Shown here: piece by piece, positions 9,184 to 22,489 of the stretch
Layout of the letters: each line of letters begins with the position of its first letter
Position numbering within the stretch: position 1 is the stretch's first letter
Source: Mobula hypostoma
Taxonomy: Eukaryota
Length of the DNA: 64,000 nt
Direction: 5' to 3'
Assembly (NCBI RefSeq): GCF_963921235.1
Contig: NC_086097.1
Coordinates: 212,290,001-212,354,000, forward strand
Notes under the pieces: generated by a model
What the model was told of the DNA's origin: nothing
The model's database searches: none
The model's input: only the letters and a program-made list of their open reading frames with translations
Translations under genes and position numbers: made by a program

Positions 9184-12100
9184 GCACCGCTTCCTAGAGA
9201 TGCTGCCTGGCCTGCTGCGTTCACCAGCAACTTTGATGTGTGTTGTTGGAGAACAAGCAGTAATGTTGAGTTCAGGCTGCGACCAGGTCATTCCTGGGTT
9301 TATTAAATAGTGCAGCAAGTTCAAGAGAATGTGTGACCTATTCCTTCTCCTATTTCTTACATTATTGTATGTTGTTAAAACTTACTTGATCAATTGTATC
9401 TTCATTATCATAAACTCATTATGCACAGCAGGAGAATAGTCAGAACATCGTCGCTTGCCAAATTTTTAGGTCTTCATCTGTCAACAGCATTCCATTACCC
9501 CTTTCCCTATAGCCCTCTGAGAGTTTGCCTAGATATTTCTCCACAATGCTCTACACAACAGTCAGATTTGAGATGTTCAAACTGACTTGAATAATGGAGT
9601 CCTGATGAAGTGTCTCAGCCCAAAATATCTAGTATTTTATGTTCGTTCCTCTGGATCCCCAACATCTGCAGAACCTCCTGTCTTTATGAACCATCAAGGA
9701 AGGTGTTGTGTTATATGAAACTATTGTCTCCTTCACTTGCTCCTTCGGAGATAGTGCTCTGAGTACCCAAATTTGGAAAAACTTGATATATCAAGCCAAG
9801 CAATTTGATTGTCATCACAGTTTGGGATTTGAGCAAGTTGGAATTAGGAGTTCCGAACTTAACCAATTCTCCCAAATGGAGATGCTGGTCCATCAGGCAC
9901 TTGTATAAATTTAACACAGTAGAGCAATATCCCATCAGTAATAATGAGAACAATTGGTTTAGAGTTTGCTCAGTATTGAAACCACTCTCAGTTTCTTAAT
10001 ATATCCAGATGATATGTATGAATGTCTTGTCATGTACATTTGTTTTCAAATAATAAACCAAATGAAAGATTAAATTATACACTGCTTAAAATGTTGCCTA
10101 CCTTTAGTCTTTTCTTGTTTGGGATAGCCGGCTTCAGGATAGATATCATCTTTGTAATCGTTCAATTAATGATTATCTTATGGAAAGGGAAAAACACTTC
10201 GTTGAAATGGTAGCTACCAAGATTTAACAGGAAAGGATGTAAATTGATGGTAACATGTCGAGGCATTTTCCTGAACTCAGTTAATAAATAAAGATGGTTG
10301 TGCAAGACATTTTTAAGCCTGGTCATGTTAGGTTTTGCTGCATTGAATCATCATATCAGAGCAGACTTAACCTCCAGTGTACGACCTCATCTTACAAAGT
10401 TTTCTGTTTTTGATTTAACTAGTATCTTTCGCAGTTAATGAATTTACATTTATTTATGTCTGAAAGATACAGATTCGTTTTAATCTAACCCAGCTTTTAG
10501 GTGGCTTTCAAACCAAGAATTTTTAGTTATATAGAGTTGAGGAGGGTTTTTTTGGGGTTCTTCAGATAGAAATCTTATCAATGGTTTATCGGCAAGTTAT
10601 TTCTGCTCTATGTAATTCTTTCCTTCAATGAGAGCACTGTTTGTGGTGTAAAAAATGATGGCGGTTTTAGTCAAGGTAAGCAGACAGAAATGTTTTTCCA
10701 TTGACGGAAGGCTCTCAGACCAGAGGACTTTGAGTTGCAGTGATGTGCAACAGAAACAGGGGGTCTGTGATGTTTTTTTTTGCACAAAGAATAGTTGTGA
10801 CCTGGATTTCATTGCCAGCAAGGGTGCTGGAAGCAGCCTATCAGGACCATAGGGAACTGGATAGGGAAATGGGAAATCACTGTAAAGTAACAGAAGAAGC
10901 ATAGAAAATGAAGCTTGACTGGATTGTTCCCCAAAGAGCCAGTACAGACTTTACAGGCCAAATGTCTTTTTTGTTTGTTTTAACAACTCCATTGTTCAAC
11001 TCCATTTGTTAATGCTCAAACAAGAAAAAATATTTGTCCCAGGAAAGGCCAAATTTAAGATTTTCAGTCTTATTCCTGCATGTTGTAAATTGCCACTGGA
11101 TGCCCTGATATTTCATCACACCATTTCAAGCTTGGACTTTCAGCAAATTCTGGCTGAAAGGTGTAGCGGAAAATTTTATAATTATCAGTGATGTATTTTA
11201 CCAAGATCAGGCTCAATTACTTGACTAACTTTATCTCTCTTTTCAAACATGTTAGTTTCCTTATGTTATATTTTCATAAATTTCAGCACATTTAAGGGTT
11301 TAAAATGTTTAATGGTTGTTACATGAACCAGCCATTACTCATTTGCAACATATAAGCATCTGTTAAACTCTCCAATTTCTGACCAGGTGACACAGAAGTT
11401 ATTGACACTTTAGGAAAGGTGTTAGTTGCTTCGAGCCATGAAGCTGAGGTTAGTTTGCTAGCTGGCAATAAAGAAAATGTATTTAAACAAGTAATAACTG
11501 CTTTTAATATGCAAGAAAAAAACATAACTCCAACTGAGAGCTTTTAATTATAAAAATGATTCTGTAATTATAAATTGCTTGTGTGTAGCAAATAATTAGG
11601 AACAATAAGATTGCTTCTTAGCAACATGTTGATGATTACTATTCAAAAGTTCATAATGTGAGAGAAGAACTTGCAGTCTTATTAGGTGGTAGAAAATTAT
11701 ATATAAAATCTGTTTCCAGAAACACATGGAAAATTACAACACAACAGTAAGGATAGGATGATAGGATGATGAGTTGAAGGAGGATATTAATGGATGGACA
11801 TCTTGTTTTACAATCTGGAGCAAAAGATGAAAGGAAAGTTCCCTTGTAATAAATATCTAACAAATAGAGAAATGAAGAACAATGCTGAACACAAATGTGG
11901 AAATGTCTGGAGAGCAATAAACAGCGAGTAAGATTAATGAGGTTGTGAGGGAAGAGCTTTATGACGTATTAGCCAAAAATACATATGCACTAATTATAAG
12001 CAGTAAGTTACACACAGAAATATTAATCCCAAACACTTATATTGTAACCATATAAAGTTTTTGAAGTTTGTTGCACTTTTGGGACTACTTGAATATGAAA

Positions 12101-12374
12101 CATGGGACACTAATGAGAACAAAGCTTTCAAGATCAGATATACATTCTGTTCGTGTGTTTAATTGCTGCTGATCCCATTGGTTCAGTATATAAAAGACTA
12201 TTACTGTATTCCACTTACAATGTGATTATTTATCGGACATCTTTTTTCCCTTGAGTCACCATGCTTTTGTAATAAATGGAAGATAATGAATACCTAAAGT
12301 CAACATTTACATCTTTAACTGGGCTTTCCAATCTTGACTGTAGTCCAGTGATTCCTCCTGAATTTTTTTTTATT

Positions 12375-12880
12375 TGCCCCAGTTTTGGATTTTGGGCATC
12401 AATGCAAGACCAATTGCCCATCCTCAGTTGCTCTTGAGGAGGTGATGGTCAGCTGTCTTCCTTAAAAGCTACTGCCCTGGTGTATGAATTTGAGTAGTCC
12501 TGCTAGATACAGGAAGTTTTGGGATTTGACCCAGCAATGGTAATGGAATGATGATATACTGTATAGCATATTTCCGAGTAAGTATTGTATGTGGTTCGGA
12601 GACGAACATGCAGCTGGTGGTGTATCTATCCATCATAAATCCTTATCTTTCTTGGAAGTAGAGGTTAAGGGTTTGGGATGTGATATTGTAGTGGTCTAAG
12701 TACTGTAAGTCACTGCAGTGCATTTTATACATGGTACACACAATGTAAAGATGGTAGAGGGAATAAATGTTTAAGGTAGGTTGCCCTCAATGAGCTGCTT
12801 TGATAGTGTGGAGGTTTTGGACTCTTGCTGGAGCTGCACTCATCCAAGCAAGTGGAGAGTATTTCATCACATACTTAACT
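12375..12880 (-). mobile_element. Ancient CR1/L2-group LINE 3' remnant
   Basis: Degenerate 3'-end sequence (ttgcccatcctcagttgctcttgaggaggtgatgg; gatttgacccagcaatgg; ggagctgcactcatccaagcaagtggagagtatttc). Recognised by eye only. Confidence 0.45.
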
Positions 12881-14594
12881 TCAATGAAGAAGTCATTCAT
12901 TTCTCAACAATTTTCACTCCTAATCTCACAGAACGCTTTGGGCTCTGCACTCTCACCACCCATAACAATATCCATCAATTAAGACCACTACCTATCCCCT
13001 ACACCCTCACACACTGATCAGCACTTTAAATAACACAATCACATCTCACAGCTACTGTGCATTATGTTATTCAACTATGAAATGGATATACAGGTGTATT
13101 GAAGACACACACTTCTCTCTTTTCCTAGAGAAGGTTTTGTATACCACGTAACAGCAACAGTAGCTTGGTTGGCTCTGAGCAGGAATCCATTGGTTCATTG
13201 GCCTACAGGTGAGAGCATTGGCAACCATTGATGCAGATGTCAGAGAACCCATAGCCATTGTCCAGGTAGAGATCATTGAAGATGATGCTTTGTTTGTACT
13301 CATTTTTCCTTTTTTAGACCCATCCCCATATGAATTTAGCATTCATAACTACTAACTCAGACACTATTCTAGAGATTGTGACCGTAAACTATCTGCGTAG
13401 AGTTACTGAACATGAGTTTTAAGCAGGCAGGTCAATATATAAGGCTAACTGTGGCACAATTCCCTATCCTTAATTTCTCATATTAGGAACTCAGAGAGGC
13501 AACCTACATTTGGAAATTGGTGGAAAAGCATAACAAAATGCTACAGCCATTTGTAGGCCTGTCTAGAACTCTGCATGGTTGAATCCAACTTTGCGTGGAT
13601 CTTGGAATCTCTTTTCCAGTATGGAGATGTTGCCAGCTGCACTTTAACCCTTACGAAGCCAACCATGTTCTAGTAACTGAGATCTATCTTCTTCCTCAAT
13701 CAGAAGCTGCAGTTACCCTTTGTCTGGGAGTTGCAATGAAAGCATATGGTTTAAGTGATCATCCCCAAATGGAAGGTGGTGAAGTGGATAAGGAGATTAG
13801 GAGCATCTTGTTGAACACCTGCAGTATGTATATTCAAGGTGCACAGATACTGCTGTGAGGCAGAGATGGCATGATGTTAACCTAATGATGAGGGAGCAAC
13901 CTAGAGACATGTCCAAGTACAGCTGATGTCAGACTTGGAGAGTAATTTGTAACTCTCCATGAGCTACTGACTTTGACATATGAAGAAGTCAGAGGTTTAA
14001 CAAGCAGACAAACAAACTGTGCCACGTTCAATTTGTTGTTACTGTACACTTCAGTCACTCTATGTATGCCTGTGATGAAGAGAAGCAATGAGTGGTAGAT
14101 CGATTACTGGCCAACCAAGCAGGCTGCTTTGTCCTAGATGAAATGAAGCCTCGAATGCTGTTTTGAAAAGGCTTTTTTTCAGTTAGTTTGTTGAATTCTT
14201 TATTCCTCCTGGTAGCACATGTTGGCTCTGATGTACTCTTATAGCTGCAGGGAAGTCAATGTCAAACCCCAGTATTTAGATGTCTAGGGGTTTGGCAGCT
14301 GCATGATATTGTACGTCATGGAGAGGTGTTTAATATATTTCTTGTTGCTCAGTTTACTTACTTATTATGACATAGAAGGAAGCCTTTCACCCATTGAGTC
14401 CATGTTGTCTCCCAGCTGAGCATTTTAATGCAATCTATTCCCTCTCAAATACTCATCAAATTCCCTTTGATTCTTTTACCTACTAGAACATTTCTGCAAT
14501 ATGGGAGAAAACCCGAGCACCGTAGAGAAACACAAACTGACACAGAGTGAATGTGGAGCTGGGTCCTGGAGTTGTGAGTAGGAGCACTAACCAC

Positions 14595-14806
14595 AGGAAA
14601 CAGTTGAGGCCGGTTCATTGGCTATATTTAAGAGGGAGTTAGATATGGCCCTTGTGGCTAAAGGGATCAAGGGGTATGGAGGGAAGGCTGGTACATGGTT
14701 CTGAGTTGGATGATCAGCCATGATCATACTGAATGGCGGTGCAGGCTTGAAGGGCCGAATGGCCTACCCCTGCACCTATTTTCTATGTTTTCTATGTTTC
14801 TATGTA
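14595..14806 (+). mobile_element. CR1 3' tail
   Basis: gatcagccatgatcatactgaatggcggtgcaggcttgaagggccgaatggcctac followed by (ttctatgt)n. Confidence 0.85.
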
Positions 14807-16046
14807 ACTACTAAATACTGAACCATGGTGCTGCCAAGTGATTTGCCACGTAGAGTGAGCTGCTAAAATATATGCTTATGAGTTGCGATGAAAAGTAGAT
14901 TTAAGGTAACACCTATAGTTTGGAAATGTTGCATGTCTGGCTCAGACTGTCCACTTTTACATCAATGCACCTTGGTTTTAATAAACTGCACTATTTTTGA
15001 AGCATGCAGCATCTTGTTATCAGAAGGCTATTACAGTTTAAGACCTCAGGTACACTCTGTCCACCAATACTCTGTTGGTCATTAGGGTTTAATAATGTGT
15101 TTCTTTAAATTTATTTTTAATGTGTTATCATATATTGTGCAAACCTATTTTCGGGTAAAAAGAAGCTTGATTTCAAAATGTAATTGATTTGTCAAAAGCA
15201 ATAAAGAAATTTACTCATCTGAGGTTTGCCATCAAGCCTTCAATTGCATTAGTCATTTAAAAATCATTTATGAGTTTCCATTGCTGTTGTGCAGTAAATT
15301 CCTGACATGGTTTGAAAGTATTCTAGGCAACCACGTCATTTAACACAAGAAGTATAATCTTCCCCTGAGCAGAATGATAGTTAATTATTTCTTACTGATC
15401 TAGATTGATGTGGTTCTGCAGTAGTCTTGGACTTATATAATTGGTTTTCCTACTTTTACATTCGGTACTGCAAGACTTTGAAATGGATATTCTTGCTCCT
15501 GGTAGACATAGCACTGCCGCTAATCAGGTTTGTCCATTGGTAAAATTAGTTTGGTTCAAAAAAGAAAATAATGCATATGTAAAAGCAGAATTATTTGGTG
15601 TTGTATATTGAACCTAACTTTTACTTGTTACATGAGAAGGTCAATAACGGAATGCCTGTGGAGTAATTTATATGGAACTCAATAAGGTTCCTCTTAGAGA
15701 TAGCCGAATTTAAAGGCGTTGAAAGGGAGAGAAAATTATTAACCTGGTTAGAAGATTATTTAGGAAGATAGTGAGAGTAGGGATGATGGACCTTCACTTG
15801 AACTGAAAGAAATTGTCTGTTGTTGACTCAGATTGGCTAGTTAAATATTTATTGACTTAGTAGTGATATTAACAGAATGATGATTAGCATGATAACATAA
15901 CTGAGAGCTGGATGATAATACAAAGACTGGGGGTATTACAAATATTTTAGAGGGAAGTATATTTATTGATAGATTAATTGAGTAGGCAAATAGATTTGAA
16001 AACAAATAAGTATTCAGTCACGTATTTGGGACCCAAGATGTGTATA

Positions 16047-16793
16047 CAGGTTTCGCCCACTATCCGAAAGTAGAACGTTCCTATGAAACCTTTCGTAAGC
16101 CGAAATGGCGTGAAGCGAAGAAGCAATTACCATTAATTTATATGGGAAAATTTTTTAAGCATTCCCAGACCCAAAAAATAACCTACCAAATCATACCAAA
16201 TAACACATAAAACCTAAAATAACACTGGATGCCGACTAAAAGAGACCACTTTGCTACTAGTAGAACCAATAGTAACATCGGAAGCTTTCAATGTTCTTTC
16301 TCTCTGCGTGTAAATAGTACGAATGGTGGACGCAGGCAAGTTCAATGCACACACAATGTCTTTATTTCATTCACCACGATCGAAATGCTTAATTACGTCC
16401 AGTTTTACGCCAAGCATAACACCCTTACAAGCTCTCTTAGGCCTTTCTGATACCTTAGGACACATCTTGTTAACGGATGCACAAAATAAATCGAGATAAA
16501 GCACAGATGCTCACAGACACAGTTCAAAGCTATGGGGCTTGATGCTGAGATGCTGAGTGTAGTTCCCGGGGAAGGAGCTTGGCAGCGCCACTCTCGCTGC
16601 TCAGGGTGCGTGGTGCCTCCATAACGGCTCGCTGCAAAACAAATGCTGAATGCTATTTTCGCTTTTCGCCTTTTCTCGTAAAAGCAAAAATCCTCTTCAG
16701 ATTTCTTTTGGTTAGCGAAAACAGGTACTAATGTAGGTCTTTCGTAGAAGCGAAGTGGCGTAAAGTGAACTTTCGAAAAGCAGGGGATGCCTG
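16047..16793. mobile_element. Tc1/mariner (Tigger-like) non-autonomous element
   Basis: Imperfect 25-bp TIRs CAGGTTTCGCCCACTATCCGAAAGT / ACTTTCGAAAAGCAGGGGATGCCTG, flanked by TA on both sides; sits inside an old CR1 RT remnant (about 15640-17070). Confidence 0.8.
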
Positions 16794-17084
16794 TATCTGA
16801 ATATTATCAAATGAGTGAAAATTTAGGGTGTTGATTCAAAGGGATTTAAGGTTCATTTAGACTGACTCATTCAAATATATTTGGTAGGTAGCAAAATAGT
16901 CAAGAAAGCTATTAGAAAGTCACCCTCTTAGTGATGCTTCTTAATTGGAGATTATAGAAGGAAGGTTTGGTTAAACCACATCTTGAATATTATGTACAGT
17001 TTTGGCCATTTCACCTCAGAAATAATATTTTGGTCTTGGAAATAGTGCAGCACAGACTATCAAGGTATTCATGAAAAGATCATA

Positions 17085-17845
17085 ATATAATAAGATCTAG
17101 GAGCAGAATTAGGTCATTTGGCCTACAGAGTCTGCTCATTTATTATCCTTCTCAACCTCATTCTGCTGCCTTGTCCCTGTAACCTTTGACACCCTTACCA
17201 ATCTCCTTGATACTTCCTTGATTGGTAATATACCCAAAGACTTAGCCTCCACACTCTTGTGGCAATTTGTTCCACAAATTCACCTCCCTCTGGCTGAACA
17301 AATTTCTCCTCATCTCTGTGCTAGAGGGATGTTCTTTTATTCTAAAACTGTGTCCTCTGGCCTTAGACTCTGCTATTATTGGAAATATCCTTTCACTTCT
17401 ACTCTAGCTAGGCCTTTCAATATTCGGTATGTGTCAAAGAGTTCCTCCCCTCATTCTTCTAATCTCCAGCAAGTACAGGCCCAAAGCCATCAAAAACACC
17501 TCATACATTAACCCATTCATTCCTGGGGTCATTTCTTACATACCTCCTCTGGGTCCTCTCCAAACCAACACATTCTTTCTTAGATAAGGGCCAGAGGTGA
17601 GGTGTCTGAGCCATTGAGCTCTCCTGGGGGTGGCATAGTGCAGTTGTCGTGATTGAAGATTTAAAATGGACTTGGGAGTCTGGACTGTATACATATATAT
17701 TTGTCTGTTTGTGTTTTGTACATGTGACGACTAGGCCTCAAAACCAGGGTGTTGCCTAGTGGGTGTTGAGGGCCAGTCAACAGATGATATCGATGGGCTG
17801 GGATGTCTGGACTAATATCTATATATATATATATATAGATACACA

Positions 17846-17909
<64 letters not shown>

Positions 17910-18410
17910 TGCATCATTGTATTTTTTACTGATATTTCATGTGGGTTTCTTGACTTGTCTGCATCAAGCCGCAGCATCGCAGTGGTGGTGGGGAGGTGGG
18001 CCTTGGGACTCTTATTACGTGACTGTGATCTTGTGTGTGCTTACTGTGTATGACTGTTGGTAAAGTGTCTTTACATCTTGACTCCGTAGTAAAGCTGCCT
18101 TGTTTGGGTGTGTTCATAAGTATTCATACGTATTAAATGACAATTAAACTTGAATTGAATTGAATAGGGGTTCCAAAATTGCTCATCTATACTCCAAATA
18201 TGGTCTGACTAATGCCGCATAAAGTCTCAGAATTTTATATCCTAGTCCTCTCAAAATGAATGCTAACGTTGTGTTTGTCTTCCTTACTATCAACTCAACC
18301 TTAAAGTTAATCTTAAGGGAATCCTGCAAGAGGGCTCACAAGTCCATTTGCTCCCTTAATTTCTGAATTTGATCCCCATTTAGAAAATTGTCTATGCCTT
18401 CTACCAAAGA
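17085..18410 (-). mobile_element. CR1 3' fragment interrupted by a + strand retroposon (about 17590-18163)
   Basis: CR1 tail at 17085-17140; RT C-terminal sequence breaks at agataaggg (17589) and resumes at ataggggttccaaaattgctc (18163). The insert ends in aattaaacttgaattgaattgaa. Confidence 0.75.
17820..17902. repeat. (TA)n/(TG)n microsatellite
   Basis: Directly visible. Confidence 0.95.
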
Positions 18411-18429
18411 GGAAAAATGTAGTTGAGAA

Positions 18430-19440
18430 GAGGTATACCTGGAAGTTTTGTGAGCTACGTGTCATCAGCGCCATCTTCACTTCCAATTTGCTTGGTATGG
18501 AAACAGCAATGCCCTTGAATAGAAAAGCCTAAAAAAGTAGTGGGTCCTGATAGTCCATCACAGGTAAAGCCCTTAGCATCATCAAGAAAATCTGCAAGCA
18601 GCACTGTCGCAGGAAATCTGCATCCATTGTCAAGGACTCCCACCATCCAGGCAATACTCTCTTGCTGCTGCCATCAGGAAGGTGGTACAGGAGTCCCAGA
18701 ATCCATACCACCAGTTTCAAGAACAGTTATTACCAGTCAACCATCAGGCTCTTGAACCAGAGGGGATGACACCGCTTAACTTCATTCACCCCCACACTGA
18801 AATGATCCTCCAGCCTATGGACTTACTTCCAAGAACTCCTCATCTCATGTTTTTTATATTTATTTATTAATATTATTTAGTTTTGTTTTCTCTTTGTATG
18901 TGCAGTTTGTCATCTTTTGTGCATTGGTTGTTTGTCCATCTCGTTGTGTGTAGTTGTTCAAAGTTCACTTACTATCACAGTATGTATAGAGTATACAACT
19001 TAGAGATTTGTCTTCTTGCAAGCAGCCACAAAGCAAAGAAACATAATAGAACCCATTTAAAGAAAAGCCCCACACAACAAACTTGTGAAAAATAGAACAA
19101 ATTGCGCAAACACCAAAAAGTGACAAATAGTATAGAGAACACTAATCATCAAACCACAAAGTCCCCAAAAGAGAATCCACAGCCACGAGCCACTGAGGCG
19201 AACGAAGTCGATCCAGGAGCTGATGGACGTGGCCACAGTCACCGAGTTAGTCAGTTTGGCGCTGTGTCCCTCAGTGGCTTCACGGCACTGCCACAGATCC
19301 ATTTCCACGCTGAGACACCTTGATTCTAATGTGTTTCTTTATATTTACTGAGAATGCCCACAAGAAAATAAATCTCCTGGTTATATATGGTGACATATAA
19401 GGACTTGAATAATAAATTTACTTTAAACTTAGAACTTTGA
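18430..19440 (+). mobile_element. Rex1/Babar 3' fragment with nested minus-strand retroposon (18956-19322)
   Basis: ctgctgccatcaggaaggtggtacaggag...ttcaagaacagttattacc, tail aataaatttactttaaacttagaactttga. Confidence 0.75.
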
Positions 19441-20206
19441 ACAAAGTGCATGACCATACATCTCCCGATAGGGTATTCCATCTGCCGCTTTGCCCACTGC
19501 CCTACTCTGTTCAAGTCTTTCCGCAGACTGTCTGCTTCTTCAACACTATCTGCCTCTCCACCTATCTTTGTATCATCCAGCAATTTGCACACCGAGCCAT
19601 GAATTCTGACATAAACCAAGTTTGTATTCCCTGGAATGTATCCAGTTAAGGAATTAAGGCAGTGATATTTTTAGGAATTTAAGAATTGACAGGATGCTGA
19701 TGGTTAAATGTAGGATATAAGATTAAAATTATAAGACAAAACTTGGACTTTAAAATAGAGAATGATGGATTTCTGGTTAATAAGGAAATCAAGGGATATG
19801 GGGATACTGCAAAAAAAGATACGGATGTAGACAAGCAGTCATGACCTCGATTATAGTAGAACATACTTGAAGGGCCAGATAGCCTACTCTTGTTCCTAAT
19901 TCTATTGCTACTGTACTATTCAGAGATTGGGAGCCTCGTATCCTTAAATGGACAATGGCTTGCTTAATGGACTTTTCTCTTGAGTCAGACAGTAAATGGT
20001 ATTAGTGCATTCCACTTGACCCCATTATCCAACTGATGCTACAAGAGATTATATTACTGGAATGGAATGGAGTCATGGGTGGTAATGGATGGAAAGCAAA
20101 CAGCAGTCAGGCATTTTCTACTAGACTTCTGCCTGCAGATGCCTACAGAACAATTTTGGTTTTCCTTGAGGAATAGTAAAGCTTCCAAATAAGAATTGCT
20201 TTACAT

Positions 20207-20495
20207 AGGGTGGCATGGTAGCATAGCAGTTCGAGGAATCTCTTTCCAGGACCAGCATTGACCGATTGGGGGTTCAATTCCACTTGCTATCTGTAAGGAG
20301 ATTGTACGTTTTCCATGTGACGACGAGGATTTCCTCACACGTTCCAAAGTTGTATGGTTAGGGATAGTAATCTGATGCTGGAAGCATGGTTTCACTTGTA
20401 GGCTGCCCTCAGCGCAATCCTTGAACTGTGTTGGTTGTTGATGCAAAGCAATGCATCCCATTGTATGTTTCGATGTTGATAAGACAAATAAAAAC
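20207..20495 (+). mobile_element. tRNA-derived SINE (V-SINE-like)
   Basis: A-box-like tggtagcatagc, B-box ggttcaattcc, central tctgtaaggagattgtacgttttcc. Confidence 0.65.
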
Positions 20496-21547
20496 ATTCC
20501 TTTTTTTTATCATTACGCTAAACTAAACCACTTACTTTCATCAAACCTGTTTGGTAAAGATCTGGAAGTTTCTGTGAGGCACATTCAGAGAAGAACAACA
20601 TTTGATGGGTCCTTAAGAGCTTTGTCATTAATTTTTGCATGTAATATTTCTCTTGATATCCCATTTGGTAAAGATCTTGAAGTTTCTTTCTTGGCATTAA
20701 TTATGGTTGACTTCAGGGCAGCCCAGGCTCCAGTCTTTGGGCATATTAACAGATTGTCTGTGAGGCTATAAGTGAAACAATAAGTATTCCAATGTCATTT
20801 TTATGTCTATCCCATCATTGTTGACTGCTAAAAGAGGGATAATTCTTTGTACTCCATCTTTCAAATCATTTTCAGTCTAGTATATGTTGTACAATAGTCT
20901 AAATATAAAGGGATTTGCAAGCAAAGAGCAGCATAGAGACATACGAAGCTTGTAGAACACAATGAATGAAGTTTTTGCAACCATCTATGTCTAAGGTTAT
21001 GTATCATAGTAGACCTTGATGCAAGGTTGTTTTACGAATTAAATATTTCATAGAACAAGATTCCTTTTGTGGTAACCAAAGTGTACCTGCTGCAGGGTAG
21101 ACTTCAGCATAGTTCTTGGAAAGAGATATTTCTTAGGATATAGCCTCAGATACAGATTTCACGAGAAAAAGCCCATTCTCTGCGAGTCCATCTTCACTGG
21201 TGGCCGAAGATGACCTGTCCTGGGTTTGGAGAACTGTGAACGTTGTGCAGGTGGGAGGGAGGTATGGGGCTTGTTTTGCTGTTATTGTTTTGTTTTTTGT
21301 TGTGGTTTGTGTTGCACTGCTGAGCATTGTGGGCATGCTATGTTGTTGGCACCAGGATGTGTGGCAACACTTGCAAGCTGTCCCCATTACATCATTAGTT
21401 TCTATTAATTGTTAATGCAAATGACTTCTTTCACTGTACTGTATGTTTTAATGTACATGTGATAAATGAGTGAATCTGGATCAGTTATAACAGCATGAAA
21501 GGAACATTTCTGGAGCTTACATAATTAATGATGTAATGATGGGAGCA

Positions 21548-22398
21548 TTGTGAGCACGCTATCTACTTAGGAGTCACCCTTGACATATGCCTCACTTTCA
21601 AGAACCACATCAATAAGACAAAGGCAAAAGTGAGCGCACGAAACAACATCCTGAATAAGCTCACTAACACAAAATAGGGAGCAAGCTCGAAAGCATTGCA
21701 AACCAGTTCACTTGCTCTTTGCTATTCGACTGCCGAAATCGCCTGCCCTGCATGGGAAAGATCTACTCGTGCTAAGAAGATGGATGCCGTTCTGAATGCA
21801 AGCAGCTGACTTATCACAGGTTATTTAAAACGAACAAACACCAAGAGCCTATATATCCTGGCAAGTATCGCTCCCCTGATACAAGAAGAACAGTAGCCAG
21901 CAAGAAAGAACGACTCCGTCAAACATCAGATGAGAGGCACCCTCTACATGGTCATACACCTACACCCAGCCACCTAAAGTCAAGGAAGAGCTTCATGAAC
22001 AGTGTTGTTCCATTATAATCAACCCCATCTGAAGCCCGCATTGCCTTGTGGAAAGACCGGCTCGCCAGTCTCAAACAACCCCCAACGATGGAAATCCCTC
22101 CGGATGAAAGCCTTCCCCCAGGAGCTAATTGCAACTGGGCAACCTGGAAGTGCCTTAACAGACTTAGGACTAGTGTAGGTCGTTCAAAGGTGTCAATAAG
22201 CAAATGGGGATATACAACCAGCACGACAACTTGTGAATGTGGAACTGAGCCACAAACTATGCAACATCTCTTGCAACGCCCATCGCTAGAGGAACCCTGT
22301 ACTGTTGCAGATCTTGCTGAATTCACCAACAAGGGGTAAAAATGTGTCCAGTTCTGGCTGGGCCGTGTACAGACTGTCTGTGGACACGATAAGAAGAA
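21548..22398 (+). mobile_element. 5'-truncated Vingi (Ingi-related) non-LTR retrotransposon
   Basis: YLGVTLD...KAKVSARNNILNKL...LQTSSLALCYSTAEIACPAWERS and WKCLNRLRTSVGRSK...CECGTEPQTMQHLL; (AAG)n tail; flanked by GGGAGCA (21541-21547, 22399-22405). Confidence 0.8.
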
Positions 22399-22489
22399 GG
22401 GAGCAAGTTCTAAATCATTGAATACATCACCTTGTAGAATGCCTTTGTGTACGACAATTATACTCAAGCAAGTGCAATTGTGTTGTACT

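Larger units (their letters stand above)
8134..9246 (+). mobile_element. Penelope-like element (PLE): inverted pseudo-LTR + GIY-YIG remnant + pseudo-LTR
   Basis: 13-bp TSD TGGAGAACAAGCA at 8121-8133 and 9247-9259; about 240-bp inverted repeat 8168-8406 / 9004-9245; GIY-YIG coding core. Confidence 0.9.
7880..9365 (+). mobile_element. Old CR1 3' end, interrupted by the Penelope-like insertion
   Basis: Degenerate CR1 3' sequence at 7880-8133 (ttctctcagagtgaacctttggaattctc) resumes at 9247-9365 (gacctattccttctcctatttcttac). Confidence 0.6.

Noticed and set aside
13067..13342. Exon-like segment (tttcctag...CAG|gtgaga) and a minus-strand Cys-rich peptide
   Set aside because: No recognisable protein and no compatible neighbouring exon; such signals arise by chance.
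20549..20690. Repeat of tttggtaaagatct.gaagtttct about 115 bp apart
   Set aside because: Only two short copies; a trivial local duplication, not an array.
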